Assembly (NCBI GenBank): GCA_964454175.1
Contig: CAYVSA010000053.1
Coordinates: 1-13,736, forward strand
Reading direction: 5' to 3'
Source of the DNA: an uncultured Pseudomonadota bacterium
Lineage (GTDB): Bacteria; BMS3Abin14
DNA: 13,736 nucleotides
The notes beneath the pieces are model-generated. The model did no database searches. It worked only from the letters and a program-made list of their open reading frames with translations, and had not been told where the DNA came from. The position numbers were made by a program, and so were the translations under genes. Positions 6,888 through 13,736 of the stretch are shown piece after piece (the first letter of the stretch is position 1; every line of letters starts with the position of its first letter).

Positions 6888-8555
6888 TCAATCCTTCGAC
6901 GACTGCCTGAATATCCTGTTTTTTGCAATGGGGTAACGCCTTCCAAGCCCGAATGCCTTCCAGCTCACCTTTATTCCCGGAGCTGCCTGTTGCCGCTTAT
7001 ATTCGCTGCTTTCAACGCTGTCAAGGACCTTTATGACAAGATCCTCCTCGAAGCCCGAGTCAACCAGCTCCTCAGGGGTTTTCTGATCATCGATATACCC
7101 TTTAAGTATGGGGTCGAGAATTTCATAGGGCGGAAGTGAGTCGGTATCTTTCTGGTCGGGCCTGAGCTCTGCTGAAGGCTCCCTGGTAAGGACTCGACGC
7201 GGGATGACCCCGCCTTTTTGGTTCACGAATTCGGATAGTCTGTAAACTTCGCCTTTGTAGAGGTCTGAAATGACTGCCAGGCCTCCGGACATATCCCCGT
7301 ACAGGGTGCAGTATCCCATTGCAAGTTCTGATTTGTTGCCGGTGGAGAGCACCAGGTGTCCGAACCGGTTAGACAGGGCCATCAGGATATTACCCCTTAT
7401 CCGGGCCTGCATGTTCTCTTCGGTAGCGTCGCCGGGAAGGCCTTCGAGGCCGGATTCCAGCTCTGACAGGTAGCTTTTGTACAGGGCTGTTATGGGAATG
7501 GACTTCGTCGCTATCCCAAGGTTCGTTGCCAGAGAAAGAGCATCTTCAATGCTCTCGCGGGACGTGAATTCCGATTCCATGAGGACTCCCAGGACGTTTT
7601 CCGGGCCGAGGGCCTCGGCTGCAATCACCGCAGTGAGAGAGGAATCGATCCCGCCTGAAAGACCAAGCACTGCAGATGGGAAACTACACTTTGAGGCGTA
7701 GTCACTGAGACCCGTCACAAGAGCCTTAAAGAGTGTTTCATCATCGTCAAGATCAGGGATAGGCGTTAACGGAGGGGGCATCGAGGAAATATCCACTGTT
7801 AACATCTCCTCGGTAAAGCCCCCGGCGATTGATACGATATCGCCGTTGGAATTCATGACGAGACTGCGGCCGTCAAAGACAAGGGAGTCGTTTCCGCCCA
7901 CAGTGTTAACGTACAGGACCGGTACCTGATAGCGCCTTGCCAGGTTTGAGAGCATCTCCAGCCTCAGGTTCCCCTTCCCCTGACTGTAGGGTGAGGCAGC
8001 GATGTTAATCAGGGGCGATGCTTGTTGTGCCATGAAGCTCTCAACCGGGTCAATGTGATACAGTCTGTCACGCCAGAATGTTTTGTCGTTCCAGACGTCC
8101 TCACATATGGAGAGGCCGAACTCCCTGTCATCAACTCCCAGACGAGTTAGATCCTGCCCCGGTTCGAAATTTCTGCTTTCGTCGAATACGTCATAGGTGG
8201 GCAGGAGGATCTTCCTGTGGGTGTCGACTACCTTCCCCCGGTGGACAGCCAGGGCGGCGTTGTGGTGAAACTTGCCCTCTCCGGGTATGTCACTTGGAAT
8301 TATAGTCCCGATGACGAGCCTGGTGTTGAGTTTGGCTGTTTCAGCAAGGAGCCTCTGGAGAGCCTTTCCGGCAAGGGCGTTAAATGATCTGTTCTCTATG
8401 AGGTCAAGGGGAGGGTAGCCGGTGAGGCACAGTTCAGGGAAGATGGACAGAGATACTCCTGCTCTCTCGGCTCTCATTGCACCGTCAATAATTTTCTTCG
8501 CGTTGCCTGAAAAGTCACCGACGGTAGCGTTTATCTGGTGCAGGGAAATTATCAT
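6888..8555 (-). CDS. nadE: Glutamine-dependent NAD+ synthetase (nitrilase-like glutaminase + synthetase domains)
   Basis: Nitrilase triad motifs FPEL (Glu), HRKILLPTYDVFDE (Lys), SICEDVW (Cys). Synthetase motifs GLSGGIDS, ENMQARIRG, STGNKSE, GYCTLYGD, PSAELRPDQKDTDSLPPY, SEYKR. Start trimmed to MIISLHQIN (ATG 8555), where family similarity begins. Confidence 0.96.
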   Translation of the reverse strand: MIISLHQINATVGDFSGNAKKIIDGAMRAERAGVSLSIFPELCLTGYPPLDLIENRSFNALAGKALQRLLAETAKLNTRLVIGTIIPSDIPGEGKFHHNAALAVHRGKVVDTHRKILLPTYDVFDESRNFEPGQDLTRLGVDDREFGLSICEDVWNDKTFWRDRLYHIDPVESFMAQQASPLINIAASPYSQGKGNLRLEMLSNLARRYQVPVLYVNTVGGNDSLVFDGRSLVMNSNGDIVSIAGGFTEEMLTVDISSMPPPLTPIPDLDDDETLFKALVTGLSDYASKCSFPSAVLGLSGGIDSSLTAVIAAEALGPENVLGVLMESEFTSRESIEDALSLATNLGIATKSIPITALYKSYLSELESGLEGLPGDATEENMQARIRGNILMALSNRFGHLVLSTGNKSELAMGYCTLYGDMSGGLAVISDLYKGEVYRLSEFVNQKGGVIPRRVLTREPSAELRPDQKDTDSLPPYEILDPILKGYIDDQKTPEELVDSGFEEDLVIKVLDSVESSEYKRQQAAPGIKVSWKAFGLGRRYPIAKNRIFRQSSKD

Positions 8556-8563
8556 CGATGAGA

Positions 8564-8594
8564 AATCTTTAAAGATTACTCGACTATATGTCAA
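8564..8594 (-). promoter_or_regulatory. Putative nadE promoter with the palindrome AATCTTTAAAGATT over the -10
   Basis: Minus strand TTGACA (8594-8589)-N17-TAAAGA (8571-8566); perfect 14-bp palindrome at 8564-8577; no SD before ATG 8555. Confidence 0.45.
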
Positions 8595-8773
8595 CCAGAA
8601 ATGGTCGGAAAAAGCAGAAAAGACAAGGAAGACATTAAAAACGTCCAGCCCGGGAAATTCCGCATAGATAAATAGAACACAGTAGTGTAGAATAATAACA
8701 CACATTTATTGTCTGTTGTCGCCCATAAATTTATATTTGTTTATTTTTCTGGTAGTTAGGCCAGGGATTGACT

Positions 8774-8789
8774 CTGGCACACTATTTGC
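8774..8789 (+). promoter_or_regulatory. Sigma-54 (-24/-12) promoter of the glutamate synthase operon
   Basis: CTGGCAC-ACTAT-TTGC matches TGGCAC-N5-TTGC exactly; preceded by an AT-rich tract; faces nitrogen-assimilation genes. Confidence 0.85.
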
Positions 8790-8901
8790 CTGTTATAATA
8801 GTGAAAGAAGGCTACATTCCGAATGCAGTAGCCGCAAACCACAGGTTTTCCTGAATTTACAGACACCTGCCTTTTAAAAGGGTTTTTACTCCTGGAAAAA
8901 A

Positions 8902-8918
8902 TGCACGGAAATTGTGCA
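8902..8918. promoter_or_regulatory. NtrC-type binding site candidate (TGCAC-N7-GTGCA)
   Basis: TGCAC-GGAAATT-GTGCA, a 17-bp dyad with the NtrC consensus arms and spacing, just 5' of SD GGAGG (8923-8927). Confidence 0.6.
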
Positions 8919-8932
8919 GCTTGGAGGCACAA

Positions 8933-9373
8933 GTGAAAAGAATTTACGCAAAAGAAGAGGTGTGCATTGGCTGCCGGCTGTGTGAAGTGCACTGTCAGGT
9001 TGAGCACTCCAGTTCGAAGAATATAATCAAAGCTTTCAAGGAGGAAGTTCCTCCTCCGGCCAGATTGATAGTCGAAGAGGAAGGCCCGGTCTCCTTTGCC
9101 CTGCAGTGCAGGTGGTGTGACGAGCCATACTGCGCCTATTCCTGCATAGCAGGCGCCATCTACCAGGATGAAAGCACTGGAGAGATCATTCACAACAGGG
9201 AAAAATGCATTGGCTGCTGGACCTGCGTTCTGAACTGCACCAAAGGCGCCATCTGGCCGGACCTGAGGGAACGCCGGATAGCTGCAAGGTGCGATTTCTG
9301 TCCTGACCGTGAGCAGCCGGCCTGTGTAGAGATGTGCCCCAACGACGCGCTGTACGTGGTTGAGGAGGATTAG
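8933..9373 (+). CDS. 4Fe-4S dicluster ferredoxin-like electron-transfer protein (CooF/DmsB/HycB-like, four cluster motifs)
   Basis: CIGCRLCEVHC, CRWCDEPYCAYSC, CIGCWTCVLNC, CDFC...PACVEMCP; GTG start at 8933 with GGAGG 5 nt upstream. Confidence 0.92.
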   Translation: MKRIYAKEEVCIGCRLCEVHCQVEHSSSKNIIKAFKEEVPPPARLIVEEEGPVSFALQCRWCDEPYCAYSCIAGAIYQDESTGEIIHNREKCIGCWTCVLNCTKGAIWPDLRERRIAARCDFCPDREQPACVEMCPNDALYVVEED

Positions 9374-9375
9374 TG

Positions 9376-9424
9376 GTGTCCCGTGACCCGGATCCCGGGA
9401 TACAGGTAAGTGGAAGCAGGGGAT
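9376..9424. repeat. Heptamer-phased array, C-rich then G-rich, able to fold back
   Basis: gtgtccc gtgaccc ggatccc gggatac aggtaag tggaagc aggggat; GTGTCCCG (9376-9383) pairs with CGGGATAC (9396-9403) with one G-T pair. Confidence 0.6.
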
Positions 9425-9460
9425 AGAACTCTGAATAATATGAGAACAGGAAGCTAAAAA

Positions 9461-10774
9461 ATGGCATCACCCAAAAAATACGATCACCTGATAATTGGGA
9501 ATTCCGCAGGCGGTGTAGGCTGCATAGAGGGGATCCGCAGAGGCGGAGGAGAGGGTTCAATTGCCGTTGTCTCCGACGAGAAATACCACACTTACTCCCG
9601 CCCTCTGATCACCCACCTCCTGGAGGGTGATGTAGACAGGAAGGGAATGGATTTCAGACCCAGAAATTTTTACAGGAAACACGGGGCCGACCCATACCTG
9701 GGGATGAAGGCTCATAGCCTTGACCTTGAAAAAGGGTCTGTCCGGCTGAAGGGTGAAAGCGGTACCAGGACGATCAGGTTCGACAAACTGCTTCTTGCTA
9801 CAGGCGGTTCTCCTTTTATTCCCCCCATGGAAGGGGTGGATCTGGACGGTGTCACAACAATGATAACCCTTGACCAGAGCCTGGAAGTCAAGAAGCGCCT
9901 GGGAAGGATAAAGAGCGCCGTTGTCCTGGGCGGTGGGCTCATCGGCCTCAAAACGGCTGAAGCCCTTGCCCACGTGGTGGACAAACTCACTGTGGTAGAG
10001 CTTGCCGGCCGCGTCCTGGCTCCGGTGACTGATGCTGTTTCATCTAAAATGGCAGCCGACGCCTTCCGGAACAAGGGTGTTGAAGTGATCCTGGAAACCA
10101 CCATAGCCGAGATAAGGGGTGATGGCAGGGGCAGGGTCAAGGAGGTAGCCCTCTCCAACGGCTCCACCGTTCCGTGCGATCTGCTCGTAATTGCTATCGG
10201 TGTCAGGCCCAGGACAGAATTGGCTGATGGTACCAGCATCAAGATTGCCCCGGCGAAGGCAGGCGGTGGTTTCGAAGTTGGTAACAACATGGCCACAAAT
10301 GTCGAAAACGTCTTTGCCTGCGGCGACGCCTCCCACGCCCATGATTTTGTCACAGGTGTAAACAGGCTGTTACCTCTCTGGCCTAACGCCTACGTTGGTG
10401 GACGCATCGCTGGTCTGAACATGGCGGGTATCCCCAGTGAACACAGGTGGGCAACCAATATGAACTCAGTGGATTTTTTCGGGCTGCCCATGGTTTCGGC
10501 TGGCTTCATGGAAAAGCCCGACAGGAAGGACTACCATGAACTGATCAGGGAGGAGAATGGTTTCTACGCGAAGCTCATTCTCCATCAGGATGTGATCAAG
10601 GGAATGATAATGGCTGGAAATGTCAAACGAGCCGGCCTGTACCTCGAACTCATGAGGAGCAAGTCAAAGACCACCAGTTTCAGACAGTACCTGCTGGAGA
10701 GTGATTTCGGTGCGGTCCACATGCCCCGGGAGCTGAAGGAAAAGCTCAAACAGCCCATCCGTGAGATCGAGTAA
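9461..10774 (+). CDS. FAD/NAD(P)-dependent pyridine nucleotide-disulfide family oxidoreductase (NirB N-terminal / rubredoxin reductase-like)
   Basis: IIGNSAGG (FAD), YSRPLI, DKLLLATGG, VVLGGGLIG (NAD(P)), AIGVRP, VFACGD. Confidence 0.9.
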   Translation: MASPKKYDHLIIGNSAGGVGCIEGIRRGGGEGSIAVVSDEKYHTYSRPLITHLLEGDVDRKGMDFRPRNFYRKHGADPYLGMKAHSLDLEKGSVRLKGESGTRTIRFDKLLLATGGSPFIPPMEGVDLDGVTTMITLDQSLEVKKRLGRIKSAVVLGGGLIGLKTAEALAHVVDKLTVVELAGRVLAPVTDAVSSKMAADAFRNKGVEVILETTIAEIRGDGRGRVKEVALSNGSTVPCDLLVIAIGVRPRTELADGTSIKIAPAKAGGGFEVGNNMATNVENVFACGDASHAHDFVTGVNRLLPLWPNAYVGGRIAGLNMAGIPSEHRWATNMNSVDFFGLPMVSAGFMEKPDRKDYHELIREENGFYAKLILHQDVIKGMIMAGNVKRAGLYLELMRSKSKTTSFRQYLLESDFGAVHMPRELKEKLKQPIREIE

Positions 10775-10819
10775 TAGAACATTAGAGATTGGAACATAAG
10801 AAATTGGAACATTGGAAAT
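10775..10819. repeat. Three copies of a 15-nt (8+7) tandem repeat
   Basis: tagaacat-tagagat / tggaacat-aagaaat / tggaacat-tggaaat, starting immediately after the stop codon. Confidence 0.85.
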
Positions 10820-10848
10820 AATAACTTAATCAACTACAGGGAAAAACG

Positions 10849-12012
10849 ATGAAGGACTTATCAAGGGTAAACAACCCCTACAACGACGACAAGGTGATCA
10901 GCCAGTGCTCTATCTTCGGCATGATGAACACATCCGGCAAGGTTTTCTCGGGCAAGGAGATGATCACCGCGATATCCAACATGCACGAGCGAGGCAACGG
11001 ACTGGGGGGAGGCTTCGGTATCTACGGATGCTACCCGGACTACCCGGACGACTACTGCCTGCAGATCATGTTCGACACGAGGGCCAGCCGGGAGACGACA
11101 GAGGCTTACCTGAAGCGGTTCTTCCATATCCAGCACTCGGAAGTGATCCCCACCTTTCCAATGGACGAAATAAAGGCACCGCCCGATGTTTACAGGTACT
11201 TTGTCCAACCCAACATGGAAGAATTACACGAGGTAATAAGCGAGGACGACGTTGTTATCAGAAGGGTAATGAAGATCAACACAAGAATAGACGGTGCCTA
11301 CGTCTTCTCCTCCGGAAAGAACATGGGCGTATTCAAGGGAGTAGGCTTTCCCGAGCAGATCGCGGAGTTTTTCGGCCTGGAGCACTACGACGGTTACATC
11401 TGGACAGGCCACGGAAGGTTCCCCACCAACACCCAGGGATGGTGGGGGGGCGCCCATCCGTTCTCGCTGCTGGACTGGACTGTGGTTCACAACGGAGAGA
11501 TCTCCTCCTACGGGGCCAACAGGCGCTTTCTGGAGATGTACGGCTACATCTGCACCATGCACACCGACACCGAAGTCGTGGCCTACGCCATCGACCTGCT
11601 TGCCAGGAAGCACGGCCTTCCCGTTGAGACTGTGATGGACATTTTCTCTCCTCCGGTGTGGGAGCAGATCGACAGGATGAGTGCTGATGACAGGCAATAC
11701 TTCAATATACTGCGCAGTACCTACGGCCCTCTGCTCCTCAACGGGCCCTTTGCGGTGATAATCGCGCACCACGGAGAGATGGTGGCCCACACGGACCGGA
11801 TAAGGCTCAGGCCCATGGTGGCCGGTATCAAGGGTGATATGGTCTACGCTTCCAGCGAAGAATCCGCTATCAGGCTGGTGTCAAAGGAACTGGACAAGGT
11901 CTGGATCCCCGTTGGCGGCCACCCGGTGATAGCGAGGATAAAGGACCTGGCTGATGATGAGGTGGTTGCTGGAGGAAGAGAGCTTCTGGTGGCTGAGGGG
12001 ATGGAGGTTTAA
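10849..12012 (+). CDS. Class II (Ntn) glutamine amidotransferase; stand-alone GATase subunit of split glutamate synthase (GltB1/GlxB-like)
   Basis: Probable nucleophile Cys20 (CSIFG) after a 19-residue leader; HERGNGLGGGF, GHGRFPTNT, AHPF, HNGEISSY, TDTEV, LNGPF, DRIRLRP. Confidence 0.9.
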   Translation: MKDLSRVNNPYNDDKVISQCSIFGMMNTSGKVFSGKEMITAISNMHERGNGLGGGFGIYGCYPDYPDDYCLQIMFDTRASRETTEAYLKRFFHIQHSEVIPTFPMDEIKAPPDVYRYFVQPNMEELHEVISEDDVVIRRVMKINTRIDGAYVFSSGKNMGVFKGVGFPEQIAEFFGLEHYDGYIWTGHGRFPTNTQGWWGGAHPFSLLDWTVVHNGEISSYGANRRFLEMYGYICTMHTDTEVVAYAIDLLARKHGLPVETVMDIFSPPVWEQIDRMSADDRQYFNILRSTYGPLLLNGPFAVIIAHHGEMVAHTDRIRLRPMVAGIKGDMVYASSEESAIRLVSKELDKVWIPVGGHPVIARIKDLADDEVVAGGRELLVAEGMEV

Positions 12013-12015
12013 TAA

Positions 12016-13515
12016 ATGCTTACAGCACAGCTGCCGGAGTTTACAGTCGAGAGGAATGAGGAGCGCTGCATACAGTGCCGTGTGTGCGAGCGCCAGTGCT
12101 CCTTCGACGTTTACGGATACGACGCGGATAACAACGTCATGATCCACAAAGAGGAGAACTGTGTCGCCTGCCAGAGGTGTGCTGTCCTCTGTCCCACAAA
12201 CGCACTCCTGATAAAGGAGAACGCCTACACGTACAAGCCCAATGCCAACTGGACAAGAGAGGCCATTTCCGATCTCAAAAAACAGTCTGAGACCGGGGGC
12301 GTTCTGCTCACCGGTATGGGCAGCGACAAACCCCACAGGATCTACTGGGATCACATCCTGATAAATGCTTCCCAGGTGACAAATCCCTCAATTGATCCCC
12401 TCAGGGAGCCAATGGAGCTGAGGACCCACCTTGGCAGGAAACCGGATTCTCTTGAGATCAAGGACGGGAAGCTCAGTTTCCACGACTATCCCAACGTTGA
12501 GCTCTCGACACCGATCATGTTCGGTGCCATGTCCTACGGGGCCATATCCTATAACTCTTTTAAGTCACTGGCCCAGGCAGCGCACCAGATAGGAACCCTC
12601 TTTAATACGGGTGAGGGAGGATGGCCGCAGGAACTGAGGAAATATGGTTCCACTACTATTGTCCAGTGTGCTTCGGGTCGGTTCGGCATCGACCTCGAAT
12701 ACTTCAACGATGCGGCGGTAGTAGAGATAAAGATCGGGCAGGGAGCAAAACCCGGCATCGGAGGGCACCTGCCCGGCGAGAAGGTCTCCGAGCATATCTC
12801 CCTTACCAGGATGATCCCGGAAGGGTCGGATGCTATCAGTCCTGCCCCCCACCACGATATTTACTCTATCGAGGATCTTCAGATGTTGATTCACGCACTG
12901 AAGGAGGCGACTGATTACCAGAAACCCATATCGGTTAAGATAAGCGCCGTTCACAACGCTCCTGCCATAGCATCCGGAATGGTGAGGGCAGGTGCCGACA
13001 TAATTGTTGTCGACGGCCTGAGGGGCGGTACCGGGGCCGCGCCGAAAATACTGCGGGACAATGTGGGCATACCCATAGAACTGGCCCTGGCAGCAATTGA
13101 CACGAGATTGAGGGAAGAAGGAGTTCGCAACCTGGCGAGCCTGGTGGTTTCTGGGGGGATCAGGAATTCGTCTGATATTTTCAAGGCAATAGCCCTTGGA
13201 GCCGACGCTGTATATGTGGGCACGCCGGCCCTCATGGCCCTTGGATGCACTGTCTGTCAGAAGTGCTACACGGGAAAGTGCGCGTGGGGGATAACCACCC
13301 AGGACCCGTACCTGACCAAAAGGGTAAACCCGGAGATCGGTACCCAGGCGCTTGTAAACCTCCTGAGGGCGTGGAGCCTTGAGCTCAAGGAACTTCTCGG
13401 GTGCGGCGGAATCAACTCCATTGAATCAGTGCGGGGCAACAGGCTTCAACTTCGAGGCATCGGCCTGGAGGACTGGGAACTTGAGGCCCTGGGGATCCGT
13501 GGAGCGGGAATGTAG
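12016..13515 (+). CDS. gltB: Glutamate synthase FMN-binding subunit with N-terminal 2x[4Fe-4S] domain (archaeal-type GltB2/GltS)
   Basis: CIQCRVCERQC and CVACQRCAVLCP; AMSYGAIS, NTGEGG, QCASGRFG, EIKIGQGAKPGIGGHLPGEKV, SPAPHHDIYSIEDL, DGLRGGTGAAP; Fe-S motif GCTVCQKCYTGKCAWGI; SD GGAGG upstream. Confidence 0.93.
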   Translation: MLTAQLPEFTVERNEERCIQCRVCERQCSFDVYGYDADNNVMIHKEENCVACQRCAVLCPTNALLIKENAYTYKPNANWTREAISDLKKQSETGGVLLTGMGSDKPHRIYWDHILINASQVTNPSIDPLREPMELRTHLGRKPDSLEIKDGKLSFHDYPNVELSTPIMFGAMSYGAISYNSFKSLAQAAHQIGTLFNTGEGGWPQELRKYGSTTIVQCASGRFGIDLEYFNDAAVVEIKIGQGAKPGIGGHLPGEKVSEHISLTRMIPEGSDAISPAPHHDIYSIEDLQMLIHALKEATDYQKPISVKISAVHNAPAIASGMVRAGADIIVVDGLRGGTGAAPKILRDNVGIPIELALAAIDTRLREEGVRNLASLVVSGGIRNSSDIFKAIALGADAVYVGTPALMALGCTVCQKCYTGKCAWGITTQDPYLTKRVNPEIGTQALVNLLRAWSLELKELLGCGGINSIESVRGNRLQLRGIGLEDWELEALGIRGAGM

Positions 13516-13523
13516 GTGCTGAT

Positions 13524-13607
13524 AGGTATCGGGGTATCGAGGTATCGAAGTGTCGAGGTATTAGCATTACTAGAAACAAGAAACCAGAAACTCCAACCGA
13601 AGGTTGG
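13524..13607. repeat. Octamer array, heptamer array and C-GAA-G hairpin
   Basis: aggtatcg gggtatcg aggtatcg aagtgtcg aggtatta (13524-13563); tagaaac aagaaac cagaaac (13571-13591); CCAACC-GAA-GGTTGG (13593-13607). Confidence 0.85.
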
Positions 13608-13614
13608 CTGATCT

Positions 13615-13666
13615 TGGACCTGTAAACATGGGCCCTGGGTCCTGAGACTGGAGCAAAGCGACCCAC
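13615..13666. repeat. TGGGACC-family heptamers plus GGAGCAAAGCGACCCAC core (dispersed element, copy 2)
   Basis: tggacct gtaaaca tgggccc tgggtcc tgagact ggagcaaagcgacccac; 29/31 identity to 4551-4581. Confidence 0.85.
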
Positions 13667-13686
13667 AGACACGAAAGGTACAAACA

Positions 13687-13736
13687 ATGAGTAGTATGCC
13701 GGCAAAAAAGACAGCTGAAAAACCCAAGCTATCACC
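13687..13736 (+). CDS. 5' fragment of the next gene, possibly the GXGXG-domain (GltB3) subunit of the split glutamate synthase
   Basis: GAAAGG SD-like motif, then ATG 13687 and an open frame MSSMPAKKTAEKPKLS to the window edge. The product is a guess from operon context only. Confidence 0.45.
   Translation, partial: MSSMPAKKTAEKPKLS

Noticed and set aside
8556-8705. 50-aa N-terminal extension of NadE in the ORF track
   Set aside because: It shows no nitrilase-domain similarity and spans AT-rich promoter-like DNA including a TTGACA box.
8800-8932. Glutamine (glnA) riboswitch in the GOGAT leader
   Set aside because: The conserved terminal CGTT/AACG pairing and GGAAGTA-type core are not present; only short AT-rich hairpins.

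Overview
Bacterial chromosomal window of moderately high GC; gene content would suit an anaerobic Deltaproteobacterium/Desulfobacterota-like organism (inference). In order: the 3' part of an elongator tRNA-Met(CAT) with its terminator; an orphan REC + HD-GYP response regulator (+); a minus-strand block of glutamine-dependent nadE, two tandem parvulin-type PPIases and aconitase acnB; then a divergent plus-strand operon for a split (archaeal-type) glutamate synthase (4x[4Fe-4S] ferredoxin-like protein, FAD/NAD(P) oxidoreductase, Ntn glutamine amidotransferase, FMN/Fe-S synthase subunit, and the start of another ORF). That operon has a textbook sigma-54 promoter and an NtrC-type box placed downstream of it. 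No transposase, integrase, CRISPR or phage gene is visible. The least explained signal is non-coding: most intergenic spacers carry imperfect 7-, 8- and 15(7+8)-nt tandem repeats, two repeat families recur kilobases apart, and a 31-nt element with a GAGC(G/A)AAGCGAC core occurs twice. This looks like a dispersed repeat system with no mobilising gene in the window.
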